A stretch of DNA of 64,000 bases from Auanema rhodensis (lineage: Eukaryota; Animalia; Nematoda), in the NCBI GenBank assembly GCA_964057225.1, contig CAXKVF010000074.1, forward strand, positions 620,001 to 684,000, read 5' to 3'. Positions within the stretch are counted from its first letter, which is position 1. Every line of letters starts with the position of its first letter. Below, one piece after another: positions 43,201 to 57,599 of the stretch. The notes beneath the pieces were generated by a model, which saw nothing but the letters and a program-made list of their open reading frames with translations, was not told where the DNA came from and did not search any database. Made by a program: the position numbers and the translations under genes.

Positions 43201-44432
43201 ACTTTGAAATTTACGTGAACTTTAATTTATGCTAATTAAATGTACACGTGATGTGCACTTGGTATGTAACTCGCTTCACGTGAAAGATAAAGAGATGCGG
43301 TTTTCAAAATTAGATTCCCCATGTCCATATTAGTCTAAAAACAAATTTTTATTGATATTGGTTCATGGTAACCATGACTTTGAAATTTACGTGAACTTTA
43401 ATTTATGCTAATTAAATGTACACGTGATGTGCACTTGGTATGTAACTCGCTTCACGTGAAAGATAAAGAGATGCGGTTTTCAAAATTAGATTCCCCATGT
43501 CCATATTAGTCTAAAAACAAATTTTTATTGATATTGGTTCATGGTAACCATGACTTTGAAATTTACGTGAACTTTAATTTATGCTAATTAAATGTACACG
43601 TGATGTGCACTTGGTATGTAACTCGCTTCACATGAAAGATAAAGAGATGCGGTTTTCAAAATTAGATTCCCCATGTCCATATTAGTCTAAAAACAAATTT
43701 TTATTGATATTGGTTCATGGTAACCATGACTTTGAAATTTACGTGAACTTTAATTTATGCTAATTAAATGTACACGTGATGTGCACTTGGTATGTAACTC
43801 GCTTCACGTGAAAGATAAAGAGATGCGGTTTTCAAAATTAGATTCACCATGTCCATATTAGTCTAAAAACAAATTTTTATTGATATTGGTTCATGGTAAC
43901 CATGACTTTGAAATTTACGTGAACTTTAATTTATGCTAATTAAATGTACACGTGATGTGCACTTGGTATGTAACTCGCTTCACGTGAAAGATAAAGAGAT
44001 GCGGTTTTCAAAATTAGATTCCCCATGTCCATATTAGTCTAAAAACAAATTTTTATTGATATTGGTTCATGGTAACCATGACTTTGAAATTTACGTGAAC
44101 TTTAATTTATGCTAATTAAATGTACACGTGATGTGCACTTGGTATGTAACTCGCTTCACATGAAAGATAAAGAGATGCGGTTTTCAAAATTAGATTCCCC
44201 ATGTCCATATTAGTCTAAAAACAAATTTTTATTGATATTGGTTCATGGTAACCATGACTTTGAAATTTACGTGAACTTTAATTTATGCTAATTAAATGTA
44301 CACGTGATGTGCACTTGGTATGTAACTCGCTTCACATGAAAGATAAAGAGATGCGGTTTTCAAAATTAGATTCCCCATGTCCATATTAGTCTAAAAACAA
44401 ATTTTTATTGATATTGGTTCATGGTAACCATG

Positions 44433-47400
44433 ACTTTGAAATTTACGTGAACTTTAATTTATGCTAATTAAATGTACACGTGATGTGCACTTGGTATGTA
44501 ACTCGCTTCACGTGAAAGATAAAGAGATGCGGTTCTCAAAATTAGATTCACCATGTCCATATTAGTCTAAAAACAAATTTTTATTGATATTGGTTCATGG
44601 TAACCATGACTTTGAATTTAACGTGAACTTTAATTTATGCTAATTAAATGTACACGTGATGTGCACTTGGTATATAACTCGCTTCACGTGAAAGATAAAG
44701 AGATGCGGTTTTCAAAATTAGATTCCCCATGTCCATATTAGTCTAAAAACAACTTTTTATTGATATTGGTGCATGGTAACCATGACTTTGAAATTTACGT
44801 GAACTTTAATTTATGCTAATTAAATGTACACGTGATGTGCACTTGGTATGTAACTCGCTTCACGTGAAAGATAAAGAGATGCGGTTTTCAAAATTAGATT
44901 CCCCATGTCCATATTAGTCTAAAAACAAATTTTTATTGATATTGGTTCATGGTAACCATGACTTTGAAATTTACGTGAACTTTAATTTATACTAATTAAA
45001 TGTACACGTGATGTGCACTTGGTATGTAACTCGCTTCACGTGAAAGATAAAGAGATGCGGTTTTCAAAATTAGATTCCCCATGTCCATATTAGTCTAAAA
45101 ACAAATTTTTATTGATATTGGTTCATGGTAACCATGACTTTGAAATTTACGTGAACTTTAATTTATGCTAATTAAATGTACACGTGATGTGCACTTGGTA
45201 TGTAACTCGCTTCACGTGAAAGATAAAGAGATGCGGTTTTCAAAATTAGATTCCCCATGTCCATATTAGTCTAAAAACAAATTTTTATTGATATTAGTTC
45301 ATGGTAACCAAGACTTTGAAATATACGTGAACTTTAATTTATGCTAATTAAATGTACACGTGATGTGCACTTGGTATGTAACTCGCTTCACGTGAAAGAT
45401 AAAGAGATGCGGTTTTCAAAATTAGATTCCCCATGTCCATAGTAGTCTAAAAACAAATTTTTATTGATATTGGTTCATGGTAACCATGACTTTGAATTTT
45501 ACGTGAACTTTAATTTATGCTAATTAAATGTACACGTGGTGTGCACTTGGTATGTAACTCGCTTCACGTGAAAGATAAAGAGATGCGGTTTTCAAAATTA
45601 GATTCCCCATGTCCATATTAGTCTAAAAACAAATTTTTATTGATATTGGTTCATGGTAACCATGACTTTGAAATTTACGTGAACTTTAATTTATGCTAAT
45701 TAAATGTACACGTGATGTGCACTTGGTATGTAACTCGCTTCACGTGAAAGATAAAGAGATGCGGTTTTCAAAATTAGATTCCCCATGTCCATATTAGTCT
45801 AAAAACAATTTTTTATTGATATTGGTTCATGGTAACCATGACTTTGAAATTTACGTGAACTTTAATTTATGCTAATTAAATGTACACGTGATGTGCACTT
45901 GGTATGTAACTCGCTTCACGTGAAAGATAAAGAGATGCGGTTTTCAAAATTAGATTCCCCATGTCCATATTAGTCTAAAAACAAATTTTTATTGATATTG
46001 GTTCATGGTAACCATGACTTTGAAATTTACGTGAACTTTAATTTATGCTAATTAAATGTACACGTGATGTGCACTTGGTATGTAACTCGCTTCACGTGAA
46101 AGATAAAGAGATGCGGTTTTCAAAATTAGATTCCCCATGTCCATATTAGTCTAAAAACAAATTTTTATTGATATTGCTTCATGGTAACCATCACTTTGAA
46201 ATTTACGTGAACTTTAATTTATGCTAATTAAATGTACACGTGATGTGCACTTGGTATGTAACTCGCTTCACGTGAAAGATAAAGAGATGCGGTTTTCAAA
46301 ATTAGATTCCCCATGTCCATATTAGTCTAAAAACAAATTTTTATTGATATTAGTTCATGGTAACCAAGACTTTGAAATATACGTGAACTTTAATTTATGC
46401 TAATTAAATGTACACGTGATGTGCACTTGGTATGTAACTCGCTTCACGTGAAAGATAAAGAGATGCGGTTTTCAAAATTAGATTCCCCATGTCCATAGTA
46501 GTCTAAAAACAAATTTTTATTGATATTGGTTCATGGTAACCATGACTTTGAAATTTACGTGAACTTTAATTTATGCTAATTAAATGTACACGTGATGTGC
46601 ACTTGGTATGTAACTCGCTTCACGTGAAAGATAAAGAGATGCGGTTTTCAAAATTAGATTCCCCATGTCCATATTAGTCTAAAAACAAATTTTTATTGAT
46701 ATTGGTTCATGGTAACCATGACTTTGAATTTTACGTGAACTTTAATTTATGCTAATTAAATGTACACGTGTTGTGCACTTGGTATGTAACTCGCTTCACG
46801 TGAAAGATAAAGAGATGCGGTTTTCAAAATTAGATTCCCCATGTCCATATTAGTCTAAAAACAAATTTTTATTGGTATTGCTTCATGGTAACCATGACTT
46901 TGAAATTTACGTGAACTTTAATTTATGCTAATTAAATGTACACGTGATGTGCACTTGGTATGTAACTCGCTTCACGTGAAAGATAAAGAGATGCGGTTTT
47001 CAAAATTAGATTCCCCATGTCTATATTAGTCTAAAAACAAATTTTTATTGATATTGGTGCATGGTAACCATGACTTTGAAATTTACGTGAACTTTAATTT
47101 ATGCTAATTAAATGTACACGTGATGTGCACTTGGTATGTAACTCGCTTCACGTGAAAGATGAAGAAATGCGGTTTTCAAAATTAGATTCCTCATGTCCAT
47201 ATTAGTCTAAAAACAAATTTTTATTGATATTGGTTCATGGTAACCATGACTTTGAAATTTACGTGAACTTTAATTTATGCTAATTAAATGTACACGTGGT
47301 GTGCACTTGGTATGTAACTCGCTTCACGTGAAAGATAAAGAGATGCGGTTTTCAAAATTAGATTCCCCATGTCCATATTAGTCTAAAAACAGATTTTTAT

Positions 47401-50100
47401 TGATATTGGTTCATGGTAACCATGACTTTGAAATTTACGTGAACTTTAATTTATGCTAATTAAATGTACACGTGATGTGCACTTGGTATGTAACTCGCTT
47501 CACGTGAAAGATAAAGAGATGCGGTTCTCAAAATTAGATTCACCATGTCCATATTAGTCTAAAAACAAATTTTTATTGATATTGGTTCATGGTAACCATG
47601 ACTTTGAATTTAACGTGAACTTTAATTTATGCTAATTAAATGTACACGTGATGTGCACTTGGTATATAACTCGCTTCACGTGAAAGATAAAGAGATGCGG
47701 TTTTCAAAATTAGATTCCCCATGTCCATATTAGTCTAAAAACAACTTTTTATTGATATTGGTGCATGGTAACCATGACTTTGAAATTTACGTGAACTTTA
47801 ATTTATGCTAATTAAATGTACACGTGATGTGCACTTGGTATGTAACTCGCTTCACGTGAAAGATAAAGAGATGCGGTTTTCAAAATTAGATTCCCCATGT
47901 CCATATTAGTCTAAAAACAAATTTTTATTGATATTGGTTCATGGTAACCATGACTTTGAAATTTACGTGAACTTTAATTTATACTAATTAAATGTACACG
48001 TGATGTGCACTTGGTATGTAACTCGCTTCACGTGAAAGATAAAGAGATGCGGTTTTCAAAATTAGATTCCCCATGTCCATATTAGTCTAAAAACAAATTT
48101 TTATTGATATTGGTTCATGGTAACCATGACTTTGAAATTTACGTGAACTTTAATTTATGCTAATTAAATGTACACGTGGTGTGCACTTGGTATGTAACTC
48201 GCTTCACGTGAAAGATGAAGAGATGCGCTTTTCAAAATTAGATTCCCCATGTCCATATTAGTCTAAAAACAAATTTTTATTGATATTGGTTCATGGTAAC
48301 CATGACTTTGAAATTTACGTGAACTTTAATTTATGCTAATTAAATGTACACGTGATGTGCACTTGGTATGTAACTCGCTTCACGTGAAAGATAAAGAGAT
48401 GCGGTTTTCAAAATTAGATTCCCCATGTCCATATTAGTCTAAAAACAAATTTTTATTGATATTGGTTCATGGTAACCATGACTTTGAAATTTACGTGAAC
48501 TTTAATTTATGCTAATTAAATGTACACGTGATGTGCACTTGGTATGTAACTCGCTTCACGTGAAAGATAAAGAGATGCGGTTTTCAAAATTAGATTCCCC
48601 ATGTCCATATTAGTCTAAAAACAAATTTTTATTGATATTGGTTCATGGTAACCATGACTTTGAAATTTACGTGAACTTTAATTTATGCTAATTAAATGTA
48701 CACGTGATGTGCACTTGGTATGTAACTCGCTTCACGTGAAAGATAAAGAGATGCGGTTTTCAAAATTAGATTCCCCATGTCCATATTAGTCTAAAAACAA
48801 ATTTTTATTGATATTGCTTCATGGTAACCATGACTTTGAAATTTACGTGAACTTTAATTTATGCTAATTAAATGTACACGTGATGTGCACTTGGTATGTA
48901 ACTCGCTTCACGTGAAAGATAAAGAGATGCGGTTTTCAAAATTAGATTCCCCATGTCCATATTAGTCTAAAAACAAATTTTTATTGATATTAGTTCATGG
49001 TAACCAAGACTTTGAAATATACGTGAACTTTAATTTATGCTAATTAAATGTACACGTGATGTGCACTTGGTATGTAACTCGCTTCACGTGAAAGATAAAG
49101 AGATGCGGTTTTCAAAATTAGATTCCCCATGTCCATAGTAGTCTAAAAACAAATTTTTATTGATATTGGTTCATGGTAACCATGACTTTGAAATTTACGT
49201 GAACTTTAATTTATGCTAATTAAATGTACACGTGATGTGCACTTGGTATGTAACTCGCTTCACGTGAAAGATAAAGAGATGCAGTTTTCAAAATTAGATT
49301 CCCCATGTCCATATTAGTCTAAAAACAAATTTTTATTGATATTGGTTCATGGTAACCATGACTTTGAATTTTACGTGAACTTTAATTTATGCTAATTAAA
49401 TGTACACGTGTTGTGCACTTGGTATGTAACTCGCTTCACGTGAAAGATAAAGAGATGCGGTTTTCAAAATTAGATTCCCCATGTCCATATTAGTCTAAAA
49501 ACAAATTTTTATTGGTATTGCTTCATGGTAACCATGACTTTGAAATTTACGTGAACTTTAATTTATGCTAATTAAATGTACACGTGATGTGCACTTGGTA
49601 TGTAACTCGCTTCACGTGAAAGATAAAGAGATGCGGTTTTCAAAATTAGATTCCCCATGTCTATATTAGTCTAAAAACAAATTTTTATTGATAGTGGTGC
49701 ATGGTAACCATGACTTTGAAATTTACGTGAACTTTAATTTATGCTAATTAAATGTACACGTGATGTGCACTTGGTATGTAACTCGCTTCACGTGAAAGAT
49801 GAAGAGATGCGGTTTTCAAAATTAGATTCCTCATGTCCATATTAGTCTAAAAACAAATTTTTATTGATATTGGTGCATGGTAACCATGACTTTGAAATTT
49901 ACGTGAACTTTAATTTATGCTAATTAAATGTACACGTGGTGTGCACTTGGTATGTAACTCGCTTCACGTGAAAGATAAAGAGATGCGGTTTTCAAAATTA
50001 GATTCCCCATGTCCATATTAGTCTAAAAACAAATTTTTATTGATATTGGTTCATGGTAACCATGACTTTGAAATTTACGTGAACTTTAATTTATGCTAAT
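44433..50100. repeat. Interleaved 17-mer (2992 bp) and 15-mer (2640 bp) offset duplications
   Basis: The GGTTCTC/TTCACC/TTTAACG/TATAAC/CAACTT/ATACT block is at ~44535 and ~47527. The A160 ... G155+C161, T126 block is at 46352 and 48992. Confidence 0.87.
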
Positions 50101-53100
50101 TAAATGTACACGTGATGTGCACTTGGTATGTAACTCGCTTCACGTGAAAGATAAAGAGATGCGGTTTTCAAAATTAGATTCCCCATGTCCATATTAGTCT
50201 AAAAACAAATTTTTATTGATATTGGTTCATGGTAACCATGACTTTGAAATTTACGTGAACTTTAATTTATGCTAATTAAATGTACACGTGATGTGCACTT
50301 GGTATGTAACTCGCTTCACGTGAAAGATAAAGAGATGCGGTTTTCAAAATTAGATTCCCCATGTCCATATTAGTCTAAAAACAAATTTTTATTGATATTG
50401 GTTCATGGTAACCATGACTTTGAAATTTACGTGAACTTTAATTTATGCTAATTAAATGTACACGTGATGTGCACTTGGTATGTAACTCGCTTCACGTGAA
50501 AGATAAAGAGATGCGGTTTTCAAAATTAGATTCCCCATGTCCATATTAGTCTAAAAACAAATTTTTATTGATATTGCTTCATGGTAACCATGACTTTGAA
50601 ATTTACGTGAACTTTAATTTATGCTAATTAAATGTACACGTGATGTGCACTTGGTATGTAACTCGCTTCACGTGAAAGATAAAGAGATGCGGTTTTCAAA
50701 ATTAGATTCCCCATGTCCATATTAGTCTAAAAACAAATTTTTATTGATATTGGTTCATGGTAACCATGACTTTGAAATTTACGTGAACTTTAATTTATGC
50801 TAATTAAATGTACACGTGATGTGCACTTGGTATGTAACTCGCTTCACGTGAAAGATAAAGAGATGCGGTTTTCAAAATTAGATTCCCCATGTCCATATTA
50901 GTCTAAAAACAAATTTTTATTGATATTGGTTCATGGTAACCATGACTTTGAAATTTACGTGAACTTTAATTTATGCTAATTAAATGTACACGTGATGTGC
51001 ACTTGGTATGTAACTCGCTTCACGTGAAAGATAAAGAGATGCGGTTTTCAAAATTAGATTCCCCATGTCCATATTAGTCTAAAAACAAATTTTTATTGAT
51101 ATTGGTTCATGGTAACCATGACTTTGAAATTTACGTGAACTTTAATTTATGCTAATTAAATGTACACGTGATGTGCACTTGGTATGTAACTCGCTTCACG
51201 TGAAAGATAAAGAGATGCGGTTTTCAAAATTAGATTCCCCATGTCCATATTAGTCTAAAAACAAATTTTTATTGATATTGCTTCATGGTAACCATGACTT
51301 TGAAATTTACGTGAACTTTAATTTATGCTAATTAAATGTACACGTGATGTGCACTTGGTATGTAACTCGCTTCACGTGAAAGATAAAGAGATGCGGTTTT
51401 CAAAATTAGATTCCCCATGTCCATATTAGTCTAAAAACAAATTTTTATTGATATTGGTTCATGGTAACCATGACTTTGAAATTTACGTGAACTTTAATTT
51501 ATGCTAATTAAATGTACACGTGATGTGCACTTGGTATGTAACTCGCTTCACGTGAAAGATAAAGAGATGCGGTTTTCAAAATTAGATTCCCCATGTCCAT
51601 ATTAGTCTAAAAACAAATTTTTATTGATATTGGTGAATGGTAACCATGACTTTGAAATTTACGTGAACTTTAATTTATGCTAATTAAATGTACACGTGAT
51701 GTGCACTTGGTATGTAACTCGCTTCACGTGAAAGATGAAGAGATGCGGTTTTCAAAATTAGATTCCTCATGTCCATATTAGTCTAAAAACAAATTTTTAT
51801 TGATATTGGTTCATGGTAACCATGACTTTGAAATTTACGTGAACTTTAATTTATGCTAATTAAATGTACACGTGATGTGCACTTGGTATGTAACTCGCTT
51901 CACGTGAAAGATAAAGAGATGCGGTTTTCAAAATTAGATTCCCCATGTCCATATTAGTCTAAAAACAAATTTTTATTGATATTGGTTCATGGTAACCATG
52001 ACTTTGAAATTTACGTGAACTTTAATTTATGCTAATTAAATGTACACGTGATGTGCACTTGGTATGTAACTCGCTTCACGTGAAAGATAAAGAGATGCGG
52101 TTTTCAAAATTAGATTCCCCATGTCCATATTAGTCTAAAAACAAATTTTTATTGATATTGGTTCATGGTAACCATGACTTTGAAATTTACGTGAACTTTA
52201 ATTTATGCTAATTAAATGTACACGTGATGTGCACTTGGTATGTAACTCGCTTCACGTGAAAGATGAAGAGATGCGGTTTTCAAAATTAGATTCCCCATGT
52301 CCATATTAGTCTAAAAACAAATTTTTATTGATATTGGTTCATGGTAACCATGACTTTGAAATTTACGTGAACTTTAATTTATGCTAATTAAATGTACACG
52401 TGATGTGCACTTGGTATGTAACTCGCTTCACGTGAAAGATAAAGAGATGCGGTTTTCAAAATTAGATTCCCCATGTCCATATTAGTCTAAAAACAAATTT
52501 TTATTGATATTGGTTCATGGTAACCATGACTTTGAAATTTACGTGAACTTTAATTAATGCTAATTAAATGTACACGTGATGTGCACTTGGTATGTAACTC
52601 GCTTCACGTGAAAGATAAAGAGATGCGGTTTTCAAAATTAGATTCCCCATGTCCATATTAGTCTAAAAACAAATTTTTATTGATATTGCTTCATGGTAAC
52701 CATGACTTTGAAATTTACGTGAACTTTAATTTATGCTAATTAAATGTACACGTGATGTGCACTTGGTATGTAACTCGCTTCACGTGAAAGATAAAGAGAT
52801 GCGATTTTCAAAATTAGATTCCCCATGTCCATATTAGTCTAAAAACAAATTTTTATTGATATTGGTTCATGGTAACCATGACTTTGAAATTTACGTGAAC
52901 TTTAATTTATGCTAATTAAATGTACACGTGATGTGCACTTGGTATGTAACTCGCTTCACGTGAAAGATAAAGAGATGCGGTTTTCAAAATTAGATTCCCC
53001 ATGTCCATATTAGTCTAAAAACAAATTTTTATTGATATTGGTGCATGGTAACCATGACTTTGAAATTTACGTGAACTTTAATTTATGCTAATTAAATGTA

Positions 53101-56100
53101 CACGTGATGTGCACTTGGTATGTAACTCGCTTCACGTGAAAGATGAAGAGATGCGGTTTTCAAAATTAGATTCCTCATGTCCATATTAGTCTAAAAACAA
53201 ATTTTTATTGATATTGGTTCATGGTAACCATGACTTTGAAATTTACGTGAACTTTAATTTATGCTAATTAAATGTACACGTGGTGTGCACTTGGTATGTA
53301 ACTCGCTTCACGTGAAAGATAAAGAGATGCGGTTTTCAAAATTAGATTCCCCATGTCCATATTAGTCTAAAAACAAATTTTTATTGATATTTGTGCATGG
53401 TAACCATGACTTTGAAATTTACGTGAACTTTAATTTATGCTAATTAAATGTACACGTGATGTGCACTTGGTATGTAACTCGCTTCACGTGAAAGATGAAG
53501 AGATGCGGTTTTCAAAATTAGATTCCCCATGTCCATATTAGTCTAAAAACAAATTTTTATTGATATTGGTTCATGGTAACCATGACTTTGAAATTTACGT
53601 GAACTTTAATTTATGCTAATTAAATGTACACGTGATGTGCACTTGGTATGTAACTCGCTTCACGTGAAAGATAAAGAGATGCGGTTTTCAAAATTAGATT
53701 CCCCATGTCCATATTAGTCTAAAAACAAATTTTTATTGATATTAGTTCATGGTAACCAAGACTTTGAAATATACGTGAACTTTAATTTATGCTAATTAAA
53801 TGTACACGTGATGTGCACTTGGTATGTAACTCGCTTCACGTGAAAGATAAAGAGATGCGGTTTTCAAAATTAGATTCCCCATGTCCATAGTAGTCTAAAA
53901 ACAAATTTTTATTGATATTGGTTCATGGTAACCATGACTTTGAATTTTACGTGAACTTTAATTTATGCTAATTAAATGTACACGTGATGTGCACTTGGTA
54001 TGTAACTCGCTTCACGTGAAAGATAAAGAAATGCGGTTTCCAAATTAGATTCCCCATGTCCATATTAGTCTAAAAACAAATTTTTATTGATATTGGTTCA
54101 TGGTAACCATGACTTTGAAATTTACGTGAACTTTAATTAATGCTAATTAAATGTACACGTGATGTGCACTTGGTATGTAACTCGCTTCACGTGAAAGATA
54201 AAGAGATGCGGTTTTCAAAATTAGATTCCCCATGTCCATATTAGTCTAAAAACAAATTTTTATTGATATTGGTGAATGGTAACCATGACTTTGAAATTTA
54301 CGTGAACTTTAATTTATGCTAATTAAATGTACACGTGATGTGCACTTGGTATGTAACTCGCTTCACGTGAAAGATGAAGAGATGCGGTTTTCAAAATTAG
54401 ATTCCTCATGTCCATATTAGTCTAAAAACAAATTTTTATTGATATTGGTTCATGGTAACCATGACTTTGAAATTTACGTGAACTTTAATTTATGCTAATT
54501 AAATGTACACGTGATGTGCACTTGGTATGTAACTCGCTTCACGTGAAAGATAAAGAGATGCGGTTTTCAAAATTAGATTCCCCATGTCCATATTAGTCTA
54601 AAAACAAATTTTTATTGATATTGGTTCATGGTAACCATGACTTTGAAATTTACGTGAACTTTAATTTATGCTAATTAAATGTACACGTGATGTGCACTTG
54701 GTATGTAACTCGCTTCACGTGAAAGATAAAGAGATGCGGTTTTCAAAATTAGATTCCCCATGTCCATATTAGTCTAAAAACAAATTTTTATTGATATTGG
54801 TTCATGGTAACCATGACTTTGAAATTTACGTGAACTTTAATTTATGCTAATTAAATGTACACGTGATGTGCACTTGGTATGTAACTCGCTTCACGTGAAA
54901 GATAAAGAAATGCGGTTTTCAAAATTAGATTCCCCATGTCCATATTAGTCTAAAAACAAATTTTTATTGATATTGGTTCATGGTAACCATGACTTTGAAT
55001 TTTACGTGAACTTTAATTTATGCTAATTAAATGTACACGTGATGTGCACTTGGTATGTAACTCGCTTCACGTGAAAGATAAAGAAATGCGGTTTTCAAAA
55101 TTAGATTCCCCATGTCCATATTAGTCTAAAAACAAATTTTTATTGATATTGGTTCATGGTAACCATGACTTTGAAATTTACGTGAACTTTAATTTATGCT
55201 AATTAAATGTACACGTGATGTGCACTTGGTATGTAACTCGCTTCACGTGAAAGATAAAGAGATGCGGTTTTCAAAATTAGATTCCCCATGTCCATATTAG
55301 TCTAAAAACAAATTTTTATTGATATTGCTTCATGGTAACCATGACTTTGAAATTTACGTGAACTTTAATTTATGCTAATTAAATGTACACGTGATGTGCA
55401 CTTGGTATGTAACTCGCTCCACGTGAAAGATAAAGAGATGCGGTTTTCAAAATTAGATTCCCCTTGTCCATATTAGTCTAAAAACAAATTTTTATTGATA
55501 TTGGTGCATGGTAACCATGACTTTGAAATTTACGTGAACTTTAATTTATGCTAATTAAATGTACACGTGATGTGCACTTGGTATGTAACTCGCTTCACGT
55601 GAAAGATAAAGAGATGCGGTTTTCAAAATTAGATTCCCCATGTCCATATTAGTCTAAAAACAAATTTTTATTGATATTTGTGCATGGTAACCATGACTTT
55701 GAAATTTACGTGAACTTTAATTTATGCTAATTAAATGTACACGTGATGTGCACTTGGTATGTAACTCGCTTCACGTGAAAGATGAAGAGATGCGGTTTTC
55801 AAAATTAGATTCCCCATGTCCATATTAGTCTAAAAACAAATTTTTATTGATATTGGTTCATGGTAACCATGACTTTGAAATTTACGTGAACTTTAATTTA
55901 TGCTAATTAAATGTACACGTGATGTGCACTTGGTATGTAACTCGCTTCACGTGAAAGATAAAGAGATGCGGTTTTCAAAATTAGATTCCCCATGTCCATA
56001 TTAGTCTAAAAACAAATTTTTATTGATATTAGTTCATGGTAACCAAGACTTTGAAATATACGTGAACTTTAATTTATGCTAATTAAATGTACACGTGATG

Positions 56101-57599
56101 TGCACTTGGTATGTAACTCGCTTCACGTGAAAGATAAAGAGATGCGGTTTTCAAAATTAGATTCCCCATGTCCATAGTAGTCTAAAAACAAATTTTTATT
56201 GATATTGGTTCATGGTAACCATGACTTTGAATTTTACGTGAACTTTAATTTATGCTAATTAAATGTACACGTGATGTGCACTTGGTATGTAACTCGCTTC
56301 ACGTGAAAGATAAAGAAATGCGGTTTTCAAAATTAGATTCCCCATGTCCATATTAGTCTAAAAACAAATTTTTATTGATATTGGTTCATGGTAACCATGA
56401 CTTTGAAATTTACGTGAACTTTAATTAATGCTAATTAAATGTACACGTGATGTGCACTTGGTATGTAACTCGCTTCACGTGAAAGATAAAGAGATGCGGT
56501 TTTCAAAATTAGATTCCCCATGTCCATATTAGTCTAAAAACAAATTTTATTGATATTGGTTCATGGTAACCATGACTTTGAATTTTACGTGAACTTTAAT
56601 TTATGCTAATTAAATGTACACGTGATGTGCACTTGGTATGTAACTCGCTTCACGTGAAAGATAAAGAGATGCGGTTTTCAAAATTAGATTCCCCATGTCC
56701 ATATTAGTCTAAAAACAAATTTTTATTGGTATTGCTTCATGGTAACCATGACTTTGAAATTTACGTGAACTTTAATTTATGCTAATTAAATGTACACGTG
56801 ATGTGCACTTGGTATGTAACTCGCTTCACGTGAAAGATAAAGAGATGCGGTTTTCAAAATTAGATTCCCCATGTCTATATTAGTCTAAAAACAAATTTTT
56901 ATTGATATTGGTGCATGGTAACCATGACTTTGAAATTTACGTGAACTTTAATTTATGCTAATTAAATGTACACGTGATGTGCACTTGGTATGTAACTCGC
57001 TTCACGTGAAAGATGAAGAGATGCGGTTTTCAAAATTAGATTCCTCATGTCCATATTAGTCTTAAAATAAATTTTTATTGATATTGGTTCATGGTAACCA
57101 TGACTTTGAAATTTACGTGAACTTTAATTTATGCTAATTAAATGTACACGTGATGTGCACTTGGTATGTAACTCGCTTCACGTGGAAGATAAAGAGATGC
57201 GGTTTTCAAAATTAGATTCCCCATGTCCATATTAGTCTAAAAACAAATTTTTATTGATATTGGTTCATGGTAACCATGACTTTGAAATTTACGTGAACTT
57301 TAATTTATGCTAATTAAATGTACACGTGGTGTGCACTTGGTATGTAACTCGCTTCACGTGAAAGATAAAGAGATGCGGTTTTCAAAATTAGATTCCCCAT
57401 GTCCATATTAGTCTAAAAACAAATTTTTATTGATATTGGTTCATGGTAACCATGACTTTGAAATTTACGTGAACTTTAATTTATGCTAATTAAATGTACA
57501 CGTGATGTGCACTTGGTATGTAACTCGCTTCACGTGAAAGATAAAGAGATGCGGTTTTCAAAATTAGATTCCCCATGTCCATATTAGTCTAAAAACAAA

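Noticed and set aside
43053-43235. 60-aa ORF MLIKCTRDVHLV...
   Set aside because: It is one satellite monomer read through because a private G>T at 43157 turns the consensus TAG into TAT. All other copies have the stop, and 176 is not a multiple of 3. No gene context.
19980-54045. Isolated 1-bp deletions at ~19985, ~33462 and ~54041
   Set aside because: Singletons that cannot be told from sequencing error without reads.
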